Shown in pieces: positions 9,466 through 16,836 of a stretch of DNA of 64,000 bases. Made by a program: the position numbers and the translations under genes. The notes beneath the pieces were generated by a model. The model saw only the letters and a list, made by a program, of their open reading frames with translations. It was not told the DNA's origin and searched no databases. The stretch spans positions 3,776,001 through 3,840,000 of the forward strand of contig OZ241889.1 in the NCBI GenBank assembly GCA_965203355.1, in the 5' to 3' direction. Position 1 is the first letter of the stretch; each line of letters begins with the position of its first letter. The stretch is from Candidatus Latescibacterota bacterium (GTDB lineage Bacteria > Latescibacterota > UBA2968 > UBA8231).

Positions 9466-10599
9466 CTACGATCGACTAAACGCTCTCTGGCCGGCTCCGT
9501 GGCGGTCATTAAGCCGATAGACGGCTATGTGCGGATCACCCGCTTCCCCCGTCGCCTCGTCAAACGCACCCTTTACCCTGCAATACAACTCAGACCCGGC
9601 CACCGTCATCGGTAGGTGATCGGCCGGCACCCTGATGCCATCGGCCACCGAATGGCCGTCCTTGTAAAACAGGTTTAGATATTGTTGATACGTGCCACCC
9701 ACCTCCCGCCGGTATTGGCAAAGCACCAGCAGGTCGGGATTCCATTCAAAAAGCAGGTGAGGGACAATGTGCTCGGCAAACCACGCCTCAATGTGCGGGT
9801 CCCAACCATACGGATTTAAGTTTGCGGGAAAGGGCTTGATGCCGCCCCGATGCTTAGACTTGTGTTCGCTAAACCAAGTCTGTTCCAACTGGCCCTGCTC
9901 GCTGTATTGGTGAATCTCATAGGTGGTCGGGTACATGAAGTAGAAACCACCGTCGGCCTTACGGGTGAGGATGGTGTTGTGATACCGGTGCAGGGCGCGC
10001 GCCGTCCGTTGGTCTGCGACCGGATACAAGCTGTCGATTATCTCGAAGGTATCGTTGAAGCGGAACAGAGCATGACTACCGTCGGCTTGCAAATCCACTT
10101 GTGCGGCATAAACATGGCCTCCTTCGGTGACCATGAGACGATCGATCGCCTTCGACCAGTCAGGCTCTGGAACCTCTCTCTTAAACGCATAAGAGTCGCC
10201 AGAGAAAATCATGTACTTAATACCTTCTCCCGTCGTCCAGATATAGAGGTCGCCATTGGGAGCAAGCAGCAACTCGCTAATAGAAAAGTACTCGCCCTCA
10301 GCCCCGCCCCTCGTCCCGATCGGCCGCAGGTAGTGGCCCTCGGCATCGGCGAGGAAGATCGTCTGCTGGATAGAATCGCCGATGATGAGGTGGCCCTTGG
10401 AATCGACCTCGATGTAACCGATCCTCCCCAAAACGACGTCTGCGGGCATGGTGAAGTAGATGTCCCGAGCTTTGACAAACGCCTCGTCAAATGTAAGAGC
10501 GGTCGCCGGGGGGGCGATCGCCACTCGGTGGGACGAACCATCGCCGCTGTCGCATCCGGCCAACACCACTCCAGCGATGAAAGGCAGCAGACTTCTCAT
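9466..10599 (-). CDS. 6-bladed beta-propeller lipoprotein (copy 1)
   Basis: AAGGAGG RBS, lipobox VLAGC, IGTRGGAEGEY NHL/propeller motif. Confidence 0.82.
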   Translation of the reverse strand: MRSLLPFIAGVVLAGCDSGDGSSHRVAIAPPATALTFDEAFVKARDIYFTMPADVVLGRIGYIEVDSKGHLIIGDSIQQTIFLADAEGHYLRPIGTRGGAEGEYFSISELLLAPNGDLYIWTTGEGIKYMIFSGDSYAFKREVPEPDWSKAIDRLMVTEGGHVYAAQVDLQADGSHALFRFNDTFEIIDSLYPVADQRTARALHRYHNTILTRKADGGFYFMYPTTYEIHQYSEQGQLEQTWFSEHKSKHRGGIKPFPANLNPYGWDPHIEAWFAEHIVPHLLFEWNPDLLVLCQYRREVGGTYQQYLNLFYKDGHSVADGIRVPADHLPMTVAGSELYCRVKGAFDEATGEAGDPHIAVYRLNDRHGAGQRAFSRS

Positions 10600-10642
10600 A
10601 ACATTCCTCCTTGTGGATTAGTGACGCATCCTCGCAGAGCCA

Positions 10643-10690
10643 AAGGGCCTCCGTATGAGACCGCTTGATAGAGCGGGTAAAGGCCGCGTC
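10643..10690. repeat. 48-bp direct repeat, partner at 13713-13760
   Basis: AAGGGCCTCCGTATGAGACCGCTTGATA(g/c)AGC(g/c)GGTAAAGGCCGCGTC, 46/48 identical. Confidence 0.92.
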
Positions 10691-10717
10691 CAACGGAATG
10701 GAAGGCATCGTCCCGCC

Positions 10718-11884
10718 CTACGATCGACTGAACGCTCTCTGGCCGGCTCCGTGGCGATCATTAAGCCGATAGACGGCTATGTGCGGATCGCCCGCCTCGC
10801 CCGTCGCCTCGTCAAACGCGCCTTCGACCGCGAAGTATAGTTCCGTACCCTCAACCGTCAGCAGCATATGATCGGCCGGCACCCTGATGCCGTCGGCCAC
10901 CGAATAGCCGTCCTTGTAAAACAGGTTCAAATAGCCTTCCGGATTGGCGCGAACCACACGCCGATATTGTGCAAAGACCAAAAGGTCGGGACCGCATTCT
11001 AAAAGCAGACGAGGGACAATGTGCTCAGCGAACCACTCGGCATGTTTAGGAGTAAAATCGACCGGATCCAAGTCGGCGGGAAAAGGCTTGATCCGGTCTC
11101 GATGCTTAGACTTGTGTTCGCTAAACCAAGTCTGTTCCAACTCGCCCTGCTCGCTGTACTGGTGAATTTCATACGCGGTCGGGTAGATGAAGTAGAAGCC
11201 GCCGCCCCGCTTGGCCGTCAGGACCGTGTTGTGATAGCGATTCAACGCCCGGCCGGTTCGCTGGTCTTCGACCGGATACAGAAACGCAACTTTATTGAGG
11301 GTATCGTCGAGGCGGAACAGCGCGTATTGGCCATCTTCTTGCACCCCGGCCGAGCCAGCGTCAATGACATCTACTTGCGAGCCGTAAAAGCGCCCCCCCT
11401 CGGTGAGCACCATGTGGTCAATGAGTTGCGGGATTGGGTCCGGCAGTTCCCGCTTGAACTCATACGAATCGCCAGAAAAGAAGAGGTACTTACTGCCTCC
11501 CAAGCTGTATAAGTAGAGATCGCCGTTGGGGGCCAGACGTGGGATCAGGGGACTGAAGTACTCTCCCTCGGCTCCCCCGCGTGCTCCTATTTGCCGCAGG
11601 TAACGACCCTCGGCGTCGGTCTGAAAAATCATCTCTCGGATGTGGTCCATAACTATCAGATGACCCTGGGCATCAACTAACACATAGCCGATCCCACCTA
11701 AAACCACATCCTCCGGCATCTGTAAGTGGATGTCCCGATCCTTGATGAATGCTTCGTCAAATGCGAGATCGGCGGCCGGCGGGGTAATCTCCACTCGGTC
11801 CTCAGACACGTCGCCGCACCCCGCGAAAATCGCCATCGTGCTAATGCCAGCAATCCCAATAAAAGAAGGTATTAGCTTGTTCAT
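10718..11884 (-). CDS. 6-bladed beta-propeller lipoprotein (copy 2)
   Basis: AAGGA RBS before ATG 11884, lipobox IFAGC, IGARGGAEGEY; paralog of copies 1 and 3. Confidence 0.82.
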   Translation of the reverse strand: MNKLIPSFIGIAGISTMAIFAGCGDVSEDRVEITPPAADLAFDEAFIKDRDIHLQMPEDVVLGGIGYVLVDAQGHLIVMDHIREMIFQTDAEGRYLRQIGARGGAEGEYFSPLIPRLAPNGDLYLYSLGGSKYLFFSGDSYEFKRELPDPIPQLIDHMVLTEGGRFYGSQVDVIDAGSAGVQEDGQYALFRLDDTLNKVAFLYPVEDQRTGRALNRYHNTVLTAKRGGGFYFIYPTAYEIHQYSEQGELEQTWFSEHKSKHRDRIKPFPADLDPVDFTPKHAEWFAEHIVPRLLLECGPDLLVFAQYRRVVRANPEGYLNLFYKDGYSVADGIRVPADHMLLTVEGTELYFAVEGAFDEATGEAGDPHIAVYRLNDRHGAGQRAFSRS

Positions 11885-12030
11885 AACATTATCCTTGCGT
11901 TGTGGATGATTTAGTTGTCGGCGATTGAAGACGGCTAGGTGCAGATCGCCCGCTTCACCCGTCGCCTCGTCTAGGCCCGACCCCAGTGCCCCCACCCTTA
12001 CACGCAGAACCATTCATCCCCGCGTTTTAG

Positions 12031-12098
12031 GAGTCGTCAGGGCCGTATCCTACCCCGGCATTCCCTACGGCTGGCGATTTTCCGAGCCATCCGCTTGG
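12031..12098 (+). repeat. Degenerate copy of the 5' end of the AAA-ATPase gene (14334-14402)
   Basis: GAGTCG..GGCCG(t/c)ATCCTACCCC(g/c)GCATTCCCTACGGCTGG..TTTCCGAGCCATCCGCTTGG occurs at both sites. Confidence 0.85.
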
Positions 12099-12103
12099 CA
12101 TCG

Positions 12104-13273
12104 CTACGAGCGACTAAACGCTCGCTGGCCGACTCCGTGGCGGTCATTAAGCCGATAGACGGCTATGTGCGGATCGCCCGCTTCCCCCGTCGCCTCGTCA
12201 AACGCGCCTTCGACCGCGAAGTATAGTTCCGTACCGTCAATCGTCAGCAGCATATGATCGGCCGGCAACCTGATGCCGTCGGCCACCGAATAGCCGTCCT
12301 TGTAAAACAGGTTCAAATAGAATTCCGGCTTGGCGCGAACCACACGCCGATATTGGGAAAGGACCAACAGATCGGCACCGCATTCGTAAAGACGAGACCG
12401 GACAATGTGCTCAGCGAACCACGCGGTATGCTTAGGGGTAAAATCGACCGGATCCAAGTCGGCGGGAAAAGGTTTGATCCGATCTCGATGCTTAGACTTG
12501 TGTTCGCTAAACCAAGTCTGTTCCAACTCGCCCTGCTCGCTGTATTGGTGAATTTCATACGCGGTCGGGTAGATGAAGTAGAAGCCGCCGCCCCGTTTGG
12601 CCGTCAGGACCGTGTTGTGATAGCGATTCAACGCCCGGCCGGTTCGCTGGTCTTCGACCGGATACAGAAACGCAACTTTATTGAGGGTATCGTCGAGGCG
12701 GAACAGCGCGTATTGGCCATCTTCTTGCACTCCGGCCGAGCCGGCATCGATGACATCTACTTGCGAGCCGTAAAAGTGCCCCCCTTCGGTAAGCACCATA
12801 TGGTCAATGGCTCCGAGGTTGGGATACGGTATTTCCCGCTTGAACTTATAGGAATCGCCAGAAAAGAAAACGTACTTTCTGCCGTTTCCCAAGCTGTATA
12901 AGTAGAGATCACCGTTGGAGGCTAACCGCGGGTTCAGGGGACTGAAGTACTCTCCCTCGGCTCCCCCGCGCGCTCCTATTTGCCGCAGGTAACGACCCTC
13001 GGCGTCGGTCTGAAAAACCGTCTCTTGGATGTAGTCCATAACTATCAGATGGCCCTGGGCATCAACTAACACATAGCCGATCCCGCCTAAAACCACATCC
13101 TCCGGCATCTGTAAGTGGATAGCTCGATCCTTGATGAATGCTTCGTCAAATGCGAGATCGGCGGCCGGCGGGGTAATCTCCACTCGGTCCTCAGACACGT
13201 CGCCGCACCCCGCGAAAATCGCCATCGTGCTAGTGCCAGCAATCCCAATAAAAGAAGGTATTAGCTTGTTCAT
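12104..13273 (-). CDS. 6-bladed beta-propeller lipoprotein (copy 3)
   Basis: Near-identical to copy 2, including the RBS region; lipobox IFAGC. Confidence 0.82.
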   Translation of the reverse strand: MNKLIPSFIGIAGTSTMAIFAGCGDVSEDRVEITPPAADLAFDEAFIKDRAIHLQMPEDVVLGGIGYVLVDAQGHLIVMDYIQETVFQTDAEGRYLRQIGARGGAEGEYFSPLNPRLASNGDLYLYSLGNGRKYVFFSGDSYKFKREIPYPNLGAIDHMVLTEGGHFYGSQVDVIDAGSAGVQEDGQYALFRLDDTLNKVAFLYPVEDQRTGRALNRYHNTVLTAKRGGGFYFIYPTAYEIHQYSEQGELEQTWFSEHKSKHRDRIKPFPADLDPVDFTPKHTAWFAEHIVRSRLYECGADLLVLSQYRRVVRAKPEFYLNLFYKDGYSVADGIRLPADHMLLTIDGTELYFAVEGAFDEATGEAGDPHIAVYRLNDRHGVGQRAFSRS

Positions 13274-13500
13274 AACATTATCCTTGCGTTGTGGATAATT
13301 AGTTGTCGGCGATTGAAGACGGCTAGGTGCCGATCGCCCGCCTCCCCCGTCGCCTCGTCCAATCTTAAGCCCAGTGGAGTGGACCGGGGTCAACAGCCCC
13401 CGGCCCACTCCCCGATCAATGGCCTGATTGATTTTTCAGCACCCCTTCAAGCGGGGATGCTTCAAACCAGTATCAGCCAAAGCTGTCGCAGCAGGGGTCC

Positions 13501-13647
13501 CTAACCGCAGCAGCTAAAGGGGCCTCCCAAGTGCCTGCAAATGACGCCATTCTTAATGTCGCAATGGACAAAGAAGTATTCGTTGTCTTGTTGAGCTTCG
13601 ACAGCCTGGCCGTAGGTGGCACGCTGGGGTTTGTGCAGAGCAATCAT
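13501..13647 (-). CDS. Small Cys-rich peptide, 48 aa (absent from ORF track)
   Basis: AAGGAG + 8 nt + ATG; MIALHKPQRATYGQAVEAQQDNEYFFVHCDIKNGVICRHLGGPFSCCG*. Its upstream region resembles those of the propeller genes. Confidence 0.55.
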   Translation of the reverse strand: MIALHKPQRATYGQAVEAQQDNEYFFVHCDIKNGVICRHLGGPFSCCG

Positions 13648-13944
13648 AGCAACACTCCTTGCGTAGGATGACTGGTTCTATCGAACCAAAGGGGACGCCA
13701 AAAGCGGCGCACAAGGGCCTCCGTATGAGACCGCTTGATACAGCCGGTAAAGGCCGCGTCATCGCACGAGCAGGAATCGCCGATGTCTGCGTGGCTGCTA
13801 TGGCCAGACCGTCAATTACATGCACGGGGTGGGATAAGGGCATGGCTACCGTCCTCCTCGACTTGGACCGTGGCTTTACCAGCACGGCACGAGAGCGAGT
13901 CGCACGCCAAGCAGGCGACAGGTGATGTTGATAAAGCAATTCAT
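13646..13944 (-). pseudogene. Probable degenerate secreted Cys-rich peptide gene (22-aa ORF 13876-13944 plus frameshifted remainder)
   Basis: AAGAGGAGG RBS, MNCFINITCRLLGVRLAL..., then a shifted frame ATVQVEEDGSHALIPPRACN*RSGHSSHADIGDSCSCDDAAFTGCIKR...; first start codon with an RBS after the sigma-54 promoter. Confidence 0.4.
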
Positions 13945-14047
13945 TTTTCCCTCCTCTTATGGGGTGGATAGAAAGCCTGCCCGGCGGCCTCGGTTGCTTC
14001 GTAGAGGAGGCCAACAACGGCTTACTTTCGTGCTCACTTACGATATG

Positions 14048-14063
14048 GCAAATTCCGTGCCAA
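14048..14063 (-). promoter_or_regulatory. Sigma-54 (-24/-12) promoter of the peptide/propeller operon
   Basis: Minus strand TTGGCACGGAATTTGC matches TGGCAC-N5-TTGC; AT-rich IHF-like tract at about 14080-14107. Confidence 0.85.
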
Positions 14064-14154
14064 CACGACGATGAAATACATAAGTTAATGATAAACAATA
14101 AGTTATAAGAAGTAGGATACTTTGTGCAGGCCGCCGCCTTGCGTTGGCATTGCA

Positions 14155-14233
14155 CCCTTTCGACGCATCTAAGCGGCTTATTTGGTTCTATCTCACGTCT
14201 TTACAAGGGGTTAGATAAGGTGCGTCAAAAGGG
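14155..14233. promoter_or_regulatory. Putative enhancer (UAS) inverted repeat, copy 1
   Basis: CCCTTTCGACGCA-N53-TGCGTCAAAAGGG, starting 92 bp upstream of the -24 box. Confidence 0.7.
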
Positions 14234-14341
14234 ACGTAGTGCGTCAAAAGCGCGTTCACCGCTGCGATTAGTCGTGAATACGTTGCGCTGGTTACGCTCA
14301 ATCATTACGCTCAGGTCCGTCAACTCGTTCTGAGAGTCGCC

Positions 14342-15161
14342 ATGGCCGCATCCTACCCCCGCATTCCCTACGGCTGGGCCGATTTCCGAGCCATCCGCTT
14401 GGAAAACCGCCTCTACGTCGATAAGACTCGCTTTGTCCACGCACTCGAAGACGAACGCTATGCCTTGCTGATTCGTCCGCGGCGCTTGGATCAGTTTTCC
14501 CTTAGAACAGTTGGACCAGCCGGAAAACTTCCTGTCGCTGCTGTACTACTTCGGTCTGCTTAGCATGCGCACCGTGGCGCACGGTGTGCCTCGGCTAGGC
14601 ATTCCCAACCAAACGGTTAAGCGGCTGATGTACGGTTATCTACGGGATGCCTACGGGGATGTAGGGGTGTTTTCCGTCAGTCAGTATACCTTCTCCCGCT
14701 TGGTGCGGCAGATGGCCTACGAGGGAGCTTGGCAACCCGTGTTGGACTTCTTGCGCGATGCCTTGGCCGAACAAACCGGCATCCGCGACTACATGGATGG
14801 CGAGAAGGTCATCCATGGCTTTGTCGCCGCCCACTTGAGCATGGTCGATCAGTTTCTGCTGCACTCGGAGTACGAACTGAACAAGGGCTATGCGGATTTG
14901 TACTTGGAGCCGTTTCTCGCTCAGTATCCCGATGTGGGGTTCGGCTACGTGCTCGAACTGAAGTACCTGAAGCGAAGCGAAGCCTTAGATGCCGCTTTGG
15001 TGACAGAAAAAGTGGCGGAAGCTGTGGTACAGTTGCGCGGCTACCTAGCCGACCCGTCGTTGCGGCGGAGCACTCGGGCGGTGCGGCACCTGGGCTTGGC
15101 GATGGTGTTTCACGGTTGGGAGCTGGCGGCCTATCAAGCGGTGGACGATGCGGGCGACTAA
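14342..15161 (+). pseudogene. Internally deleted AAA-ATPase-like / PD-(D/E)XK_9 nuclease gene
   Basis: N-terminal IPYGWADF...YVDKT...RPRR breaks off before the expected Walker A FGKS and is joined out of frame to SFPLEQL..ENFLSLLYYFG..IPN..GYADL..ELK. Confidence 0.8.
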
Positions 15162-15171
15162 CAGCCCTACG

Positions 15172-16833
15172 TCAACCGCACTTGGGCCGTTCCGTCGCCC
15201 GGTGCAAGCTCAAGTACAGCATCGGCAAGTAGATCGGCAACAAAATCGACGACGCCACCAAGCCGCCGGTCACGCCTACGGCCAGCGGATACCATATACT
15301 CTCCGTATCCTCGAACAATACGATCGGCAAAAGCCCGGCCAACGTGGTCAGGGTGGTAATGGCAATGGGCTTGAGGCGGTGGGCCGCGGCCGCGAATACC
15401 TCGGCCGCGAGGTCGCCAGCCCCGGCTTTGGCCCTCGCGTCCATCTGATACAGCATGAGAAAGGCGTTGTTGACCGCTATGCCAGCCAAGAAGAGCACGG
15501 CGATATAGCCGCCGGTGTCAAAGCTGGCCCCTAAAAAGTAGAACGCATCGAACAGGCCAATCAGCGCCATTGGAACCGCTAAGACCACCAAAAAGGGTTT
15601 GGTCCAAGACTCAAAGAGGCCGGCGGCGATCATCCACACGATCAGGACGGCCACGCCCAAAATGGCCATGAGTTCCTTTTTGTTGTCCGCTTCCAAGTAC
15701 CAATAGGACGCTTGGCGAGCGATGCTGAAACCGTAGGGAAACTCGGTGCGGTCAATGAGCAGGTCAATGAGTTTTTCTCCGTGTTCACGCGCCCCCAGGT
15801 AATTGAGATTTATGCGGCGCGTGTACGTTTGGTTTTCGCGCACTATTTCGGGTTGTATCCTGCTTTTTTCGAGTCGGACCAGCGCGCCGAGCCGCACGTG
15901 GTCGCCGATCTCTTGTCCTTTTATCTCGTCGCTGGAGACCACGCTGGCACCGCGGAACTTAATGGCCACCTCGCGCAACTCGCCAGCCACCCAAAGGCTT
16001 CGCCGCGACGCCGCGGTCGTCTGCTGCCTCAGCGTCTCGACGACGCGGTTGTTGTCCAGCCCATAGGCGCTGATTGCGTCCGCATCCAAGCGGCCAATCA
16101 TCTCGTAAGGCTCGTCGGTGCTGTAGCGCGCCACCGCGTCTATATCGACATCGCGAATGCGCTTGTGCTGGGCGAGTTGGTCGGCGAATCGTTCGGTTAT
16201 CTCCCGCAGCTTGAGATAGTCGCTGCCCTCGGCCTTGAGCGAAAACTGGGCAAAGTTGCTCAACAGCGCCTGGTGATGCTGGAAACCAAACCCGCTTACT
16301 GAAATCGCCACCCCGCCGATATTGGCCGCGTGTTTGGTCAGGGCCGCGTACACCTTGCTGGGGAACGCGAGATAGTCGTCATCCGCGGCGAGTGCGATCT
16401 CCATCCGCGCCGACCGCGGCGAGTAGTTGACCGCCACTTTTTCTATTTGCTCCATGTACGGGGCCAGCGCCGACTCAAACCCAAAACATAGTTCCTCCAT
16501 CTTTTGCACCGGCACATTGCTCGGCATAGTAAAGGAAACCCGCAAGCTCTGAGGCGCATTCCGGCCAAAGACCTCCCCCTTGTGGACTTGCTGAAAAAAC
16601 AGATACGACGCCCCGCCCAGCACCTTGAACAACAGCGGTTTGGTCTCCTCGTCGAACTGGGGGTCCATCCACCAGTCCTCGTACGCACGCGCGACCGCGC
16701 CATCCTCGCCGATGGAGTCGGGCAGCCGCCAGACGGGCAGGCCCCACAGCAACACCAGCACCGCCAACATGATCCGGCGATGTTGGCAACAAAACCCGAG
16801 CAGGGCGACGTATGTTCGGGACGGCAAACTCAT
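15172..16833 (-). CDS. RND efflux permease, C-terminal half (TM7-12) of a split gene
   Basis: LFESWTKP, GIAVNNA, RLKPIAITTLTTLAGLLP; in frame with the upstream half across a single TAG. Confidence 0.82.
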   Translation of the reverse strand: MSLPSRTYVALLGFCCQHRRIMLAVLVLLWGLPVWRLPDSIGEDGAVARAYEDWWMDPQFDEETKPLLFKVLGGASYLFFQQVHKGEVFGRNAPQSLRVSFTMPSNVPVQKMEELCFGFESALAPYMEQIEKVAVNYSPRSARMEIALAADDDYLAFPSKVYAALTKHAANIGGVAISVSGFGFQHHQALLSNFAQFSLKAEGSDYLKLREITERFADQLAQHKRIRDVDIDAVARYSTDEPYEMIGRLDADAISAYGLDNNRVVETLRQQTTAASRRSLWVAGELREVAIKFRGASVVSSDEIKGQEIGDHVRLGALVRLEKSRIQPEIVRENQTYTRRINLNYLGAREHGEKLIDLLIDRTEFPYGFSIARQASYWYLEADNKKELMAILGVAVLIVWMIAAGLFESWTKPFLVVLAVPMALIGLFDAFYFLGASFDTGGYIAVLFLAGIAVNNAFLMLYQMDARAKAGAGDLAAEVFAAAAHRLKPIAITTLTTLAGLLPIVLFEDTESIWYPLAVGVTGGLVASSILLPIYLPMLYLSLHRATERPKCG

Positions 16834-16836
16834 GGC

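Noticed and set aside
8449-13760. Repeats in the propeller array read as CRISPR, integron attC sites or DGR TR/VR
   Set aside because: Spacing is gene-scale, no convincing attC palindromes are seen, differences are not adenine-specific, and no cas, integrase or reverse transcriptase is present.
13814-13816. TGA in the degenerate peptide frame as selenocysteine
   Set aside because: No clear SECIS hairpin, and the frame is already broken upstream.
13553-14155. 200-aa ORF from the ORF track
   Set aside because: Crosses the sigma-54 promoter and has no RBS; the internal RBS-led small ORFs explain the region better.
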